Shown: positions 10,153-19,570 of the stretch, piece by piece
Layout of the letters: the number at the start of each line of letters is the position of its first letter
Numbering within the stretch: position 1 is the first letter of the stretch
Assembly: GCA_964435015.1 (NCBI GenBank)
Contig: CAYSXP010000012.1
Location: 32,000 to 95,999, forward strand
Length of the DNA: 64,000 nucleotides
Reading direction: 5' to 3'
Source: an uncultured Rikenellaceae bacterium
GTDB taxonomy: Bacteria > Bacteroidota > Bacteroidia > Bacteroidales > VadinHA17
Translations under genes and position numbers: made by a program
The notes under the pieces: model-generated
The model's input: the letters and a program-made list of their open reading frames with translations, nothing else
What the model was told of the DNA's origin: nothing
The model's database searches: none

Positions 10153-10767
10153 ATGTACATTGTTTGCACCGATCTGGAGGGAGTTTTGGTACCGGAGGTA
10201 TGGATAAACGTAGCGAGATGGACCGGAATAGATGAATTGAAGCTGACCACGCGCGACATAAGCGATTACAGTGCCCTGATGACAAGAAGGCTGGAGATAC
10301 TCAGACACCACGGGATCACCATCACCGACATTCAGAAAGTGATATCTCTTCTCGAACTGATACCCGGTGCACAGGATTTTATCGAATGGCTCCACGGACG
10401 TCTGCAGATGATAGTTGTATCCGACACTTTCAGGGAATTTGCCGATCCTCTGCTTCAGAAAATGGGCTGGCCCCTGTTGTTCTGCCATCATCTCACAATC
10501 GACGGCAACGGCAATATCACCGACTTCAACCTTCGCCAGAATGATGCCAAGAAGATGGTGGTGATGAAGATGCAGGAGCTAAACTACCAGGTTATTGCCA
10601 TTGGTGATTCATATAATGATATTTCAATGCTCAGGCAGGCTGAAATGGGAATCCTTTTCAATCCGCCGCCGAATGTAATCAATGACAACAAGGATATTCG
10701 CGTGGTCACCTCATATCTGCAGCTCAAGAACATAATAAGGGAAACAATCGAGAACGGCCATAAATAA
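10153..10767 (+). CDS. thrH: Phosphoserine phosphatase / homoserine phosphotransferase (HAD family, ThrH-type)
   Basis: 204 aa. It is colinear with Pseudomonas ThrH as I recall it: CTDLEGVLVPEVWI, TTRDISDYSALM, VSDTFREFADPL, LFCHHL, LRQNDAKK, AIGDSYNDISML, GILF. It starts 20 nt after thrC. Confidence 0.85.
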   Translation: MYIVCTDLEGVLVPEVWINVARWTGIDELKLTTRDISDYSALMTRRLEILRHHGITITDIQKVISLLELIPGAQDFIEWLHGRLQMIVVSDTFREFADPLLQKMGWPLLFCHHLTIDGNGNITDFNLRQNDAKKMVVMKMQELNYQVIAIGDSYNDISMLRQAEMGILFNPPPNVINDNKDIRVVTSYLQLKNIIRETIENGHK

Positions 10768-10817
10768 GAATCAAAGGAGTTATGTGGTGATACGGCCTTG
10801 CATCTCAGCAGGGCTGG

Positions 10818-11567
10818 TCATTTCAGATCCCTGATTCTCACCTCTGTTCCCGTATCTTTCAACAGTCTCACAATCTCTGCTGTATTTGTGTCTCCGTAAT
10901 GGTACGGATAAAGAATTGCGGGTTTAAATGCTTTTGCCGCATCGGCAACCATTGCAGGTGTCATGGTGTAAGGCAGATTCATGGGGAGGAATGCCACATC
11001 AATATTCCTGAGGTTTTTCATTTCAGGAATGTTCTCAGTATCTCCGGCAACATAGAATCGTTTATCTGCTATTGAAATAACATATCCGTTCCCTGATCCC
11101 CTGGGATGGAACGGCTGGCCCTTGGCACGCTCATGCACAATGTTGTAGGCAGGCACGGCTTCAATTGTGACATTATTGATGATCGTCCTGTCGCCTGACT
11201 TCATGATCCTGCATCCGGGCATTTTCGGGGCAGATGCAGGGTTACAGATAAGAACGGTTTCCTTTTTCCGCAGTTTTCCGATCAGTTCAGGGTCAAGATG
11301 ATCATAGTGCTCATGAGTAACCAGAATCAGGTCCGCAGCAGGCAGCCCTTCATAGCTTCCGGAACTGCTCACGGGATCAATGTGAATGACATAACCCCCA
11401 TGCCTGAACATCAGTGAGCCATGGCCGATGAAGAATAGTTCAACATCGCCGGCTGAAGTTTGAATTCTGTCAACTTCAGGCGTCTTACTGGAAAAAACAG
11501 AAGCTGTCATTGAAAAATAAATTATTGTTAAACTTATTAATATCTGAATCCCTGACTTCATTTCCAT
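10818..11567 (-). CDS. Secreted MBL-fold metallo-hydrolase
   Basis: Metallo-beta-lactamase motif LVTHEHYDHLD and signal peptide MEMKSGIQILISLTIIYFSMTASVFS. The start is uncertain among Met codons between 11561 and 11603. Confidence 0.8.
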   Translation of the reverse strand: MEMKSGIQILISLTIIYFSMTASVFSSKTPEVDRIQTSAGDVELFFIGHGSLMFRHGGYVIHIDPVSSSGSYEGLPAADLILVTHEHYDHLDPELIGKLRKKETVLICNPASAPKMPGCRIMKSGDRTIINNVTIEAVPAYNIVHERAKGQPFHPRGSGNGYVISIADKRFYVAGDTENIPEMKNLRNIDVAFLPMNLPYTMTPAMVADAAKAFKPAILYPYHYGDTNTAEIVRLLKDTGTEVRIRDLK

Positions 11568-11704
11568 CATATTGCATATTAAACTCACAATACAAATATA
11601 CATGAACCTTTTACATTATCTTTGTGTTTTACTCCGGGTATGAATCGGAATTTTCAATAACTTGCAGACTGAACCATGGTTGCAGTGTTAATTAATTAAC
11701 ATTG

Positions 11705-14700
11705 ATGTTTTCATATAAGCGTGGAGTATCAAATTTATTAATTTTTTTCCTGTTTATTCCGGCATCGCTTCCAGGCCAGACAGGGAAATTTCACAAATAC
11801 CAGTTCAAAGGTGATTTGCAGGAAACCAATATCCTGCCCGACCGCAGATCAATACTGATAAATTACTCATTATCAGAACTTAACATCTCTACTCTGTCAG
11901 ATGAGAATGGCAGCTTCTATCGCATATCGGTTCCCGGACACAATTTAAGCACGGATCCCGGCAAGCCTGAATTACCTGTTTTTCAAAGGCTGATTTCAGT
12001 TCCTGAGGGAAGTACGGCCGCCATCAGGATCAGCAATGTTCAATCAACCAGGGTCAAACCTTCAGACAAGGACATTAGAGGCATTCTGATGCCTGCACAA
12101 TACGGGGAGTCAAAGAAGACAGACACGGGCAGGCGGCAATTTACAATCGACAAAAAAGCCTATGCCTCTGCCGGAATAATACAATCCGACACTGTAAGAA
12201 TTGAATATCTGGGCAAAATAAGGGAAAAGGGAATATCAAACCTTATCATTTCGCCGGTAAAATATGATCCGTCGACAAATCATCTTGAGATTATCACTTC
12301 GATGAGGATAGAAATAACATTTCCGGGCGAACCGGCAAGCCTGTCAAAATCCTCAGGTTATGAATCATCCCCGTTTAATCAGGTACTTGAAAAAGGCATT
12401 CTTAATTACTATCCGGATAATCTTATTACCGGTTACTCAACTAAACCGGTTGGTATGATAATTGTCAGCGACACTGCTTTCAGGGAACATCTTAAGCCCT
12501 TCATTTTATGGAAAACCCAGAAGGGGTTCAGGATCACGGTTATTTATACGGGAGGCACGGGTAAAACCCCTGCAGAAGTAAAAGGTTCAATAGCTGCTGC
12601 TTACAATTCTCTGAAAGCTTCAGGAAATTCTCCTGACTATCTTCTGATAATAGGGGACGTTGCCAGGATTCCGGCATTTGGTTCCGTCAATATAAGCGAC
12701 ATGTACTACGGTGAGTTTGACGGAGAGGGTGATTATGTTCCCGATTTGTTCATCGGCAGGATACCTGCTTCCGACACCACAGAAGTAAAATCTGTGATGA
12801 ATAAGATAATACAGTATGAGAAATTCGCATTCGCCGAATCAAATACGTTCTATTCAAGGACACTGGCACTGGCCGGAAAGGATGAGAATTATGCGGGTTA
12901 CATGAATGGTCACATCAAATATGCGGTTTCAAATTATCTGAAGCGGGAAAACAGGATAGAATCCTTCCATTTTTACTATCCTGACGGGCACACCAGGAAG
13001 GATTCAGTGATGAAGCTGATAAACAACGGGTTATCATTCATTAATTACACCGGGCACGGGATCAAGTCAGGGTGGCTCCACCTGGAATTTAAAACGGAGG
13101 ACATCAGGAAACTGAAGAATGAAAGCATGTATCCCTTTATAATAAGCAATGCCTGCCGGACGGCACAGTTCAATGATTCAAGTTCATTTGGCAACAGGTT
13201 CGTCCTTGCATCAAACAAAGGGGCGATCGGGTTTATCGGATGCTCCAACGACTCTTACTGGGATGAGGACTTCAACTGGGCAGTAGGGGCCGGCATACCG
13301 GGTTCAGATCCGAAATACGGCGAAACCGGTCTGGGGGCTTACGACCGGTTGTTCCACACCCATGGAGAAACTCCCTCCGACTGGTATACAACGATGGGCC
13401 AGATAAATTTTGCCGGCAACCTCGCAGTCAGCTCAACTTCTTCCCTGCGTAAAAAGTATTACTGGGAAACCTATTCATTAATCGGTGATCCCAGTGTCAC
13501 CCCTTATATAGGAACTCCCGGAAAATTCAATATTTCAATCCCCGACACCCTGCCGGCAGGAATACGGTCACTCCCAGTAACGGGTGAGCCCTTTTCATAC
13601 ATGGCAGTATCGCGCCGGGGCCAGTTGCTTGATGCATCCTTCCTGAGCCCCTCCGGGTCTGCGGTAATGGATTTCCCTGATATTAACAACGATTCGTGTC
13701 TTGTGGTGATTACCGGCCAGAATAAAATACCCCTGATCAAAACAATTTACTTCTCCAATATTGCCGGGGAGTTCTTAAATCTAAGCAAAACCTCCCTGAT
13801 TGACAGCCTGGGCAACAATAACCAAAGAGCGGATTACGGAGAGACTGTTTTTCTGAACTTTACAATAAGCAATCTGGGAGAAACAGATGCAACGAATCTT
13901 TCTGCACGCATAACATCTTCATCGCCCTGGGTCACAATTGTAAAAGGCAATACAACTATCGGAACTCTCAGGGGGAAATCCGAAATCGAGCTTCGCAACA
14001 GACTTGAAATAAGAATAGCCGATGAAGTTCCTGATCAGGGAATAATTACCTTCGAACTTCTACTCAGGGACGACAAGGGAGAGAAAAAGGTAAAAACCGA
14101 CTTAACAGTTCATGCGCCGATCCTTGAAATTGTGAATTGTGTGGTTGATGACTCAGCCGAAGGGAACAACAATTCCATAGCTGAACCCGGTGAAACATTT
14201 GACCTGGTGTTCCAGATCCGGAATCATGGTTCCAGTGACGTTTCCGGATTATTCGAGATCAGGAATCTAAATTCAGTGCTGACCGTTCCCGATTACAATA
14301 TTAAATCAGGGATCCTGGAGTTTGGCAAAAATTCATTCATCTCTGTAAGGGTAAAACTATCTGAAACAGCTTTGTTTGGGGAGTACATCCCTCTTCTTTC
14401 AACCCTCGACTGCGATCCGTATATAGTAAACAGGGATTTCACCCTCAGGGTGGGAAGGGTAAGGGAGAGTTTTGAATCATCAGGTTTCAATGTTTTTCCA
14501 TGGATCAACCACGATCCTGTTCCATGGCAGGTCACACGGGCTGATTCCCATGACGGCAATATGTCGGCGCGGTCGGGCACAATTGGCCATAACGGAACCA
14601 CCACCCTAAGGATCAGGACCTTTTACCCTGGAGACGATTCGCTGACTTTTTATTACAAGGTGTCATCAGAGTTGAATTACGATTATTTACAGTTCAGGCT

Positions 14701-15469
14701 GAATGGTCTGGAGATGTTGAAGGCCTCAGGCGAGACTCCGTGGATAAGGAAAGCTGTTAATGTCCCTGCCGGAATAAATGTTATGGAGTGGGTCTATAAA
14801 AAAGACAACTCGGTGTCACAGGGAGCGGACTGTGCATGGGTGGATCTCATTGATTTTTCAGGTTCAGTTCCGCTGAGATATGTTAAACGTGATTTGGAGC
14901 TTGCAAGAATTATCAACCCTTCTCAACAGAGCCTTTTAGGCCTGGAAATTGTCACTGTCAGGCTTCTGAACCAGGGCCGTGACACTTTGCCCGGATTCAA
15001 TCTCGCCTATCGGGTGAATAACAGTATGCCGGTCCGGCAGTTTTTCCCAGAGATCCTTTACCCCAATCAGGATTCTGTTACAGTGACCTTTGATATCAAG
15101 GCTGATCTTGACAGGAACGGCATATACGACCTTATGGTATATGCCTATGGCAACGGAGATGATAACCTGTTAAACGACACGCTCAGTATCAGAATTAAAA
15201 ACTCGGAGCTTGAGGAAGATGTCAATGCCTATCCAAATCCGTTTGAGGAAAGATTGAATGTTTCCGTTACATCCAATATCTCCTGCAGGGTAGCCATCAG
15301 CCTTACGGATCTTGCCGGAAAAGACGTAATGACCTCATATCATGAAATTATTCCCGGGGAGAATCACATTGAACTTTCAATTCCGGAACTGGGAGCTTCA
15401 ATGTATCTTCTTTCGGTGCGGGGGAAACGGATTTTCAAGGTGATACCGGTGATCAGGATGCGACGCTGA
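11705..15469 (+). CDS. Gingipain-like C25 family cysteine peptidase with T9SS C-terminal sorting domain
   Basis: About 1254 aa. It has a signal peptide and a C25 propeptide-like region (FYRISVPGHNLSTDPGKPELPVF). The catalytic His/Cys contexts are NYTGHGIKSGW and FIISNACRTAQF. Ig/CARDB-like and MAM-like domains follow. The C-terminal NAYPNPFEERLNVSV... is a T9SS CTD. Confidence 0.85.
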   Translation: MFSYKRGVSNLLIFFLFIPASLPGQTGKFHKYQFKGDLQETNILPDRRSILINYSLSELNISTLSDENGSFYRISVPGHNLSTDPGKPELPVFQRLISVPEGSTAAIRISNVQSTRVKPSDKDIRGILMPAQYGESKKTDTGRRQFTIDKKAYASAGIIQSDTVRIEYLGKIREKGISNLIISPVKYDPSTNHLEIITSMRIEITFPGEPASLSKSSGYESSPFNQVLEKGILNYYPDNLITGYSTKPVGMIIVSDTAFREHLKPFILWKTQKGFRITVIYTGGTGKTPAEVKGSIAAAYNSLKASGNSPDYLLIIGDVARIPAFGSVNISDMYYGEFDGEGDYVPDLFIGRIPASDTTEVKSVMNKIIQYEKFAFAESNTFYSRTLALAGKDENYAGYMNGHIKYAVSNYLKRENRIESFHFYYPDGHTRKDSVMKLINNGLSFINYTGHGIKSGWLHLEFKTEDIRKLKNESMYPFIISNACRTAQFNDSSSFGNRFVLASNKGAIGFIGCSNDSYWDEDFNWAVGAGIPGSDPKYGETGLGAYDRLFHTHGETPSDWYTTMGQINFAGNLAVSSTSSLRKKYYWETYSLIGDPSVTPYIGTPGKFNISIPDTLPAGIRSLPVTGEPFSYMAVSRRGQLLDASFLSPSGSAVMDFPDINNDSCLVVITGQNKIPLIKTIYFSNIAGEFLNLSKTSLIDSLGNNNQRADYGETVFLNFTISNLGETDATNLSARITSSSPWVTIVKGNTTIGTLRGKSEIELRNRLEIRIADEVPDQGIITFELLLRDDKGEKKVKTDLTVHAPILEIVNCVVDDSAEGNNNSIAEPGETFDLVFQIRNHGSSDVSGLFEIRNLNSVLTVPDYNIKSGILEFGKNSFISVRVKLSETALFGEYIPLLSTLDCDPYIVNRDFTLRVGRVRESFESSGFNVFPWINHDPVPWQVTRADSHDGNMSARSGTIGHNGTTTLRIRTFYPGDDSLTFYYKVSSELNYDYLQFRLNGLEMLKASGETPWIRKAVNVPAGINVMEWVYKKDNSVSQGADCAWVDLIDFSGSVPLRYVKRDLELARIINPSQQSLLGLEIVTVRLLNQGRDTLPGFNLAYRVNNSMPVRQFFPEILYPNQDSVTVTFDIKADLDRNGIYDLMVYAYGNGDDNLLNDTLSIRIKNSELEEDVNAYPNPFEERLNVSVTSNISCRVAISLTDLAGKDVMTSYHEIIPGENHIELSIPELGASMYLLSVRGKRIFKVIPVIRMRR

Positions 15470-15506
15470 ATCAGGGGTTTTACACGGAGAAATTAAAACA
15501 ACTCAT

Positions 15507-16088
15507 ATGACTGATGCACAAATTCCAACCCGGGAAGGGGCTCATGCATTGCTTGAAAAATACAACAAGACTGACAGCCTTCTGAAGCACGCATATGCAG
15601 TGGAGGGTGTAATGCGCCACATGGCTGCAAAAGCTGGAGAAGATGCAGAAAAGTGGGGTATTATTGGCCTGATCCATGATCTTGATTACGAAATGTATCC
15701 TGATCAGCACTGCAGGATGACGGAAAAGATTTTAAGGGAAAACAACTGGCCGGAGGACTATATCAGGGCCGTTTTAAGCCATGGCTGGGGCATTGTAACC
15801 GATGTGGAACCGCTCTCGCGCCTGGAAAAGACTCTTTTTGCAATTGACGAGCTGACGGGGCTTGTTGCCACAAGCGCCCTAGTCAGGCCTTCCAGGAGTG
15901 TTTTGGACATGGAAGTCAGATCAGTAAAAAAGAAATGGAACGACAGGAGGTTTGCCGCCGGGGTCGACAGGAAAATCATCGAAAAGGGTGCCGCAATGCT
16001 CGGAGTAACAACCGACGAACTGATAAGTGATTGCATACTGGGCATGCGGGCCGTTGCAGATGAAACAGGACTGAAGGGCAGCATCTGA
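15507..16088 (+). CDS. HD-domain phosphohydrolase
   Basis: 193 aa with the HD signature GLIHDLDYE and upstream His residues (LKHAYAVEGVMRHM). Confidence 0.75.
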   Translation: MTDAQIPTREGAHALLEKYNKTDSLLKHAYAVEGVMRHMAAKAGEDAEKWGIIGLIHDLDYEMYPDQHCRMTEKILRENNWPEDYIRAVLSHGWGIVTDVEPLSRLEKTLFAIDELTGLVATSALVRPSRSVLDMEVRSVKKKWNDRRFAAGVDRKIIEKGAAMLGVTTDELISDCILGMRAVADETGLKGSI

Positions 16089-16123
16089 AAAAAAGCGGGA
16101 ACACCGGCGTGCGATGTTCCCGC
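16088..16123 (-). terminator. Rho-independent terminator ending the susC-susD-DUF1080-oxidoreductase-DUF1080 unit
   Basis: The stem is GCGGGAAC (16095-16102) paired with GTTCCCGC (16116-16123). Read on the minus strand, the hairpin is followed directly by TTTTTTT (16088-16094). It lies 26 nt after the stop at 16149. Confidence 0.65.
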
Positions 16124-16148
16124 ATACAGGATATCCTGTTTAATGTAA

Positions 16149-16907
16149 TTACATTTCCTTGATCTTTATGTTCCTGAACCAAACATCGTTCCCGTGATCC
16201 TGCAGGCCGATGTATCCTTCCCTGGCCGGATTTACGAATAATTCCCAGTCCCTGAACTTGGAATTTGCGACCATTTTCTTCCATTCATCTGTCCACAGGT
16301 GGAATTCAACAACATTTACTCCGTTCGATTTGAAAACAACAGTACCCTGGTAGCATAATATTCCCACCTGGTTCCATTCACCGGCAGGTTTTGTATTCTG
16401 GGGTACGGCTGGAAGGAGATCGTATAATGATCCTGCCATTCTGTTGCCGTTTACACCAAGTTTTGCATCCGGATGCCTGTCGTTGTCAAGAATCTGCATC
16501 TCCGGTGAGGATTTGTAGATTGGCTCACCGGGCACTTCCTGTGCCAGAATGAAAATACCGCTGTTCCCTCCTGAAGAGATCTTCCATTCAAGTGACAACT
16601 CGTAGTTGCTGAATTTTTTGTCATAGATGATGTCACCGCCCGACCCGCCGGCTTCACCGGCGCCGGACCCGATGCAATGGAGCGTTCCGTCAACAACCTC
16701 CCACCCTTTTTCGGGAAATGCTGCTTTATTGTATCCCCGCCAGCCGGCAGTGGATGTTCCGTCGAAGAGAACTGTCCATCCTTCTTTTTCAGCGGCTGCC
16801 GATTGGGTGGACTCAGCCTGTTTTTCAGTTTTCTTTCCTTTTGAACCACACGATGATGAAAGTCCTAAAACCAAAGCAACTGCAATAAAAATGTTTAACA
16901 ATCTCAT
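16149..16907 (-). CDS. DUF1080 (3-keto-disaccharide hydrolase-like) domain lipoprotein
   Basis: 252 aa with a lipoprotein signal (LGLSSSC). Typical DUF1080 termini are present: WTVLFDGTSTAGWRGY ... GYIGLQDHGNDVWFRNIKIKE. Confidence 0.85.
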   Translation of the reverse strand: MRLLNIFIAVALVLGLSSSCGSKGKKTEKQAESTQSAAAEKEGWTVLFDGTSTAGWRGYNKAAFPEKGWEVVDGTLHCIGSGAGEAGGSGGDIIYDKKFSNYELSLEWKISSGGNSGIFILAQEVPGEPIYKSSPEMQILDNDRHPDAKLGVNGNRMAGSLYDLLPAVPQNTKPAGEWNQVGILCYQGTVVFKSNGVNVVEFHLWTDEWKKMVANSKFRDWELFVNPAREGYIGLQDHGNDVWFRNIKIKEM

Positions 16908-16939
16908 ATCTGATAATTTAATAATTAATGAAATCGATT

Positions 16940-18430
16940 TTATGGCATATCGGGAAGCGACCAGCCCGAGCGGTAATTGTGCCTGATCATTTCAGTTGCA
17001 AACTCCCATGCATTCATTGTAACATTGGGCCTGTTGAACCTGGGATCGCCGTCAATTATCTCAAAGTTATCTGAAATTGTAAGTCTGACATTCTCTTCCC
17101 GTCCGATATTTGTGAATTCCATCTTTTCTCCGTTCCATTCCAGTTCCTTATTAAGGCCCTGAAGCCTGACAGCGAGCACGCCCATCACAACCATTTCGTT
17201 GAACGGTCCTGCTTCAGCAAAGTCGGATTTTGCCGGGACGCGGCTTTCCGGACTTTCCTTGCATGCCCGTACCCAGTCCATTTCATGTCCGCCTCTCATG
17301 GCATTTTCGATTCTTCTTTCCGTTTTGGGAACAACCGGTTTACGGCCCGAGAGCAGCCATGGGTCTTTTCCATAGCAGCCGCAGATAAGCTTGTCTTTGG
17401 TTCCGTGGAAAATTACACCGCCGCCAGCGTCGTTCATGTTTTTGCCTGCAGGCCATCCGGCAGGTTTCGGAGGCTGAAGCCCGCCATCATACCAGATGAC
17501 TTCCACCTGCGGAAGTTTCATTCTGGCATTCTTCGGAGCAACTCTTTCTGGATATACCAGTGTGACCATCTGTGCATTCGGCGCACAATCGGTAAGCAGC
17601 AGGGTAGAGCTGCCCTGCACCCTGATCGGGTACTGGAGTTTCAGTCCCTTGAATACAGGGTGGAGGATATGGCATGCCATGTCGCCGAGGGCTCCTGTGC
17701 CGAAATCCCACCAGCCCCGCCAGTTCCATGGGGTGTAGAGGCTGTTGTAGGGGCGCATTTTTGCAGGGCCGATAAAAAGATCCCAGTTCAATGTATCCGG
17801 AACCCATTCACCTTTAGGAGTATTCAATCCCTGCGGCCAGATGGGCCTGTCAGTGAAAGCTTCCACTTTTCTCACATCACCGATCTCTCCGGCCTGAAGC
17901 CATTCTATTGTCTGACTGACGCCCTCATCTGATGAACCCTGATTGCCCATTTGTGTGGCTACCCTGTGCTTTGCAGCCAGCCTGGTCAGCAGTCTTGATT
18001 CATAAACAGAGTGAGTAAGCGGTTTCTGCAGATAAACATGCTTTCCCATGGTTATGGCGTGTGCCGAAACAATTGCATGTGTATGATCGGCTGTGGCAAC
18101 CATCACCGCATCGATCGACTTACCCATCTCATCGTACATTTTCCGCCAGTCCCAGTATGCTTTTGCCCTGGGATTGGCTTCAAAGACCTTTTTGGAATAT
18201 CCCCAGTCAACATCACACAGGGCTACAATATTTTCGGTAGGTGCAACATTTTTAAGGTTCGAGTTGCCCATCCCTCCTATTCCGACTATGGCAATGTTCA
18301 GCTTGTCACTGGGAGCAATATGTCCGAAACCGCTGATAACAGTGCCGGGAAGTATTGTAAGGCCAGCTGCCACTGAGCCGGTCTTTCCAATAAAATCGCG
18401 TCGCGTAAGGTTTTTAGAATTTTCTTTCAT
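16940..18430 (-). CDS. TAT-exported Gfo/Idh/MocA family oxidoreductase
   Basis: 496 aa with twin-arginine signal LTRRDFIGKTGSVAAGL and Rossmann motif LNIAIVGIGGMGNSN. The Gfo/Idh/MocA core contains VMVATADHTHA and YLQKPL. Confidence 0.85.
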   Translation of the reverse strand: MKENSKNLTRRDFIGKTGSVAAGLTILPGTVISGFGHIAPSDKLNIAIVGIGGMGNSNLKNVAPTENIVALCDVDWGYSKKVFEANPRAKAYWDWRKMYDEMGKSIDAVMVATADHTHAIVSAHAITMGKHVYLQKPLTHSVYESRLLTRLAAKHRVATQMGNQGSSDEGVSQTIEWLQAGEIGDVRKVEAFTDRPIWPQGLNTPKGEWVPDTLNWDLFIGPAKMRPYNSLYTPWNWRGWWDFGTGALGDMACHILHPVFKGLKLQYPIRVQGSSTLLLTDCAPNAQMVTLVYPERVAPKNARMKLPQVEVIWYDGGLQPPKPAGWPAGKNMNDAGGGVIFHGTKDKLICGCYGKDPWLLSGRKPVVPKTERRIENAMRGGHEMDWVRACKESPESRVPAKSDFAEAGPFNEMVVMGVLAVRLQGLNKELEWNGEKMEFTNIGREENVRLTISDNFEIIDGDPRFNRPNVTMNAWEFATEMIRHNYRSGWSLPDMP

Positions 18431-18537
18431 TGTAAGGTATTTTAAGTTTAAAGTGGAATTGAAAGATACGTAAAATTAGCAATTTCTGAAATAATCACTA
18501 TTAATCACTTAGTTGATTCAATTTATTGCCGGATGCT

Positions 18538-19308
18538 TCAGAGTTCCCTGATCCAGATGTTCCGGTATGCCACCGGATCGCCATGATCCTGAAGGACAAG
18601 AGGTTCAGCCTCATGCTTCCCTATGGAATATTCGGGGATCCCGATATATAAGGTAGGTCCGCGCAGGCTGACATTATTCTGGATCAGAACCCCGTTATGC
18701 AATACCGTTATACGGGGGGGTGTGAAGTATGTTGTGCTGTCGGCCGAAAAACGCGGAGCAGTATAGATAATATCATAAGTCTGCCATTCACCGGGTTTTC
18801 TGGAGGCGTTTACCAGCGGGGCATACTGCTTGTATATGCTGCCAGCCTGTCCCTGCCTGTATGTGCGGTTATTATAACTGTCAAGGACCTGCACTTCGTA
18901 AAGGCCCTGGAGAAAAACCCCGCTGTTGCCCCTGCCCTGCCCGTCGCCGGAAACCTCAGAGGGGGTTTTCCATTCAATGTGAAGCTGAAAGTCATTAAAC
19001 TTCCTTTTTGTCCGGATTATTCCGGATCCCTTCACACAAACCAGGGCCCCGTCCCTGACCAGCCACCTGGCCGGTTTTCCCTCACTGTCCTCCCATTCGC
19101 GGTTAATGTCAGTTCCGTCAAACAAAATAATCGCATCGGAAGGAGCCATGCCCGGTACCGTCCCCGGCTGAATAACCCTGACTTCCGGCTCATAGAACTC
19201 AGTCATTTCCGGTTTCATCGGAGCCGGCCCGGAAGGTTTTTGTCCTGTCTGTGCCAGAACACTGATAAACAATAAGAGCAAAATGCCGGATAAACAGACT
19301 TTTTTCAT
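18538..19308 (-). CDS. DUF1080 (3-keto-disaccharide hydrolase-like) domain protein, secreted
   Basis: 256 aa with a signal peptide. It has IILFDGTDINREWE ... LVLQDHGDPVAYRNIWIREL and is a paralog of 16149..16907. Confidence 0.85.
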   Translation of the reverse strand: MKKVCLSGILLLLFISVLAQTGQKPSGPAPMKPEMTEFYEPEVRVIQPGTVPGMAPSDAIILFDGTDINREWEDSEGKPARWLVRDGALVCVKGSGIIRTKRKFNDFQLHIEWKTPSEVSGDGQGRGNSGVFLQGLYEVQVLDSYNNRTYRQGQAGSIYKQYAPLVNASRKPGEWQTYDIIYTAPRFSADSTTYFTPPRITVLHNGVLIQNNVSLRGPTLYIGIPEYSIGKHEAEPLVLQDHGDPVAYRNIWIREL

Positions 19309-19570
19309 CTCAGTAAATTATTATGGTATGGGTAAAAACTGGCCATAGCTGAAACCATTGAATACAAACAATTGGTAATCAGAAAAGATTGCACCAAACA
19401 GAAAGGATACATCATGATATTAAAACTCATATCCGTATATCCAAAAATACGAATCTTTCAGTGTTTCTATGTTCCTTTTTTTATTATATCCGGAAGATTT
19501 CAGATTTTATCAGTTTTCGTCAGCCTTAACTCAGGAGAATATCTGCATAATCGTTAAATAATTAACAGTC

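Noticed and set aside
11705-15469. Calling the C25 protein the T9SS sortase PorU
   Set aside because: No porV/lptO-like gene is adjacent, and the N-terminal gingipain-type propeptide fits a cargo protease better. This cannot be decided without the whole genome, so the generic C25 call is retained.
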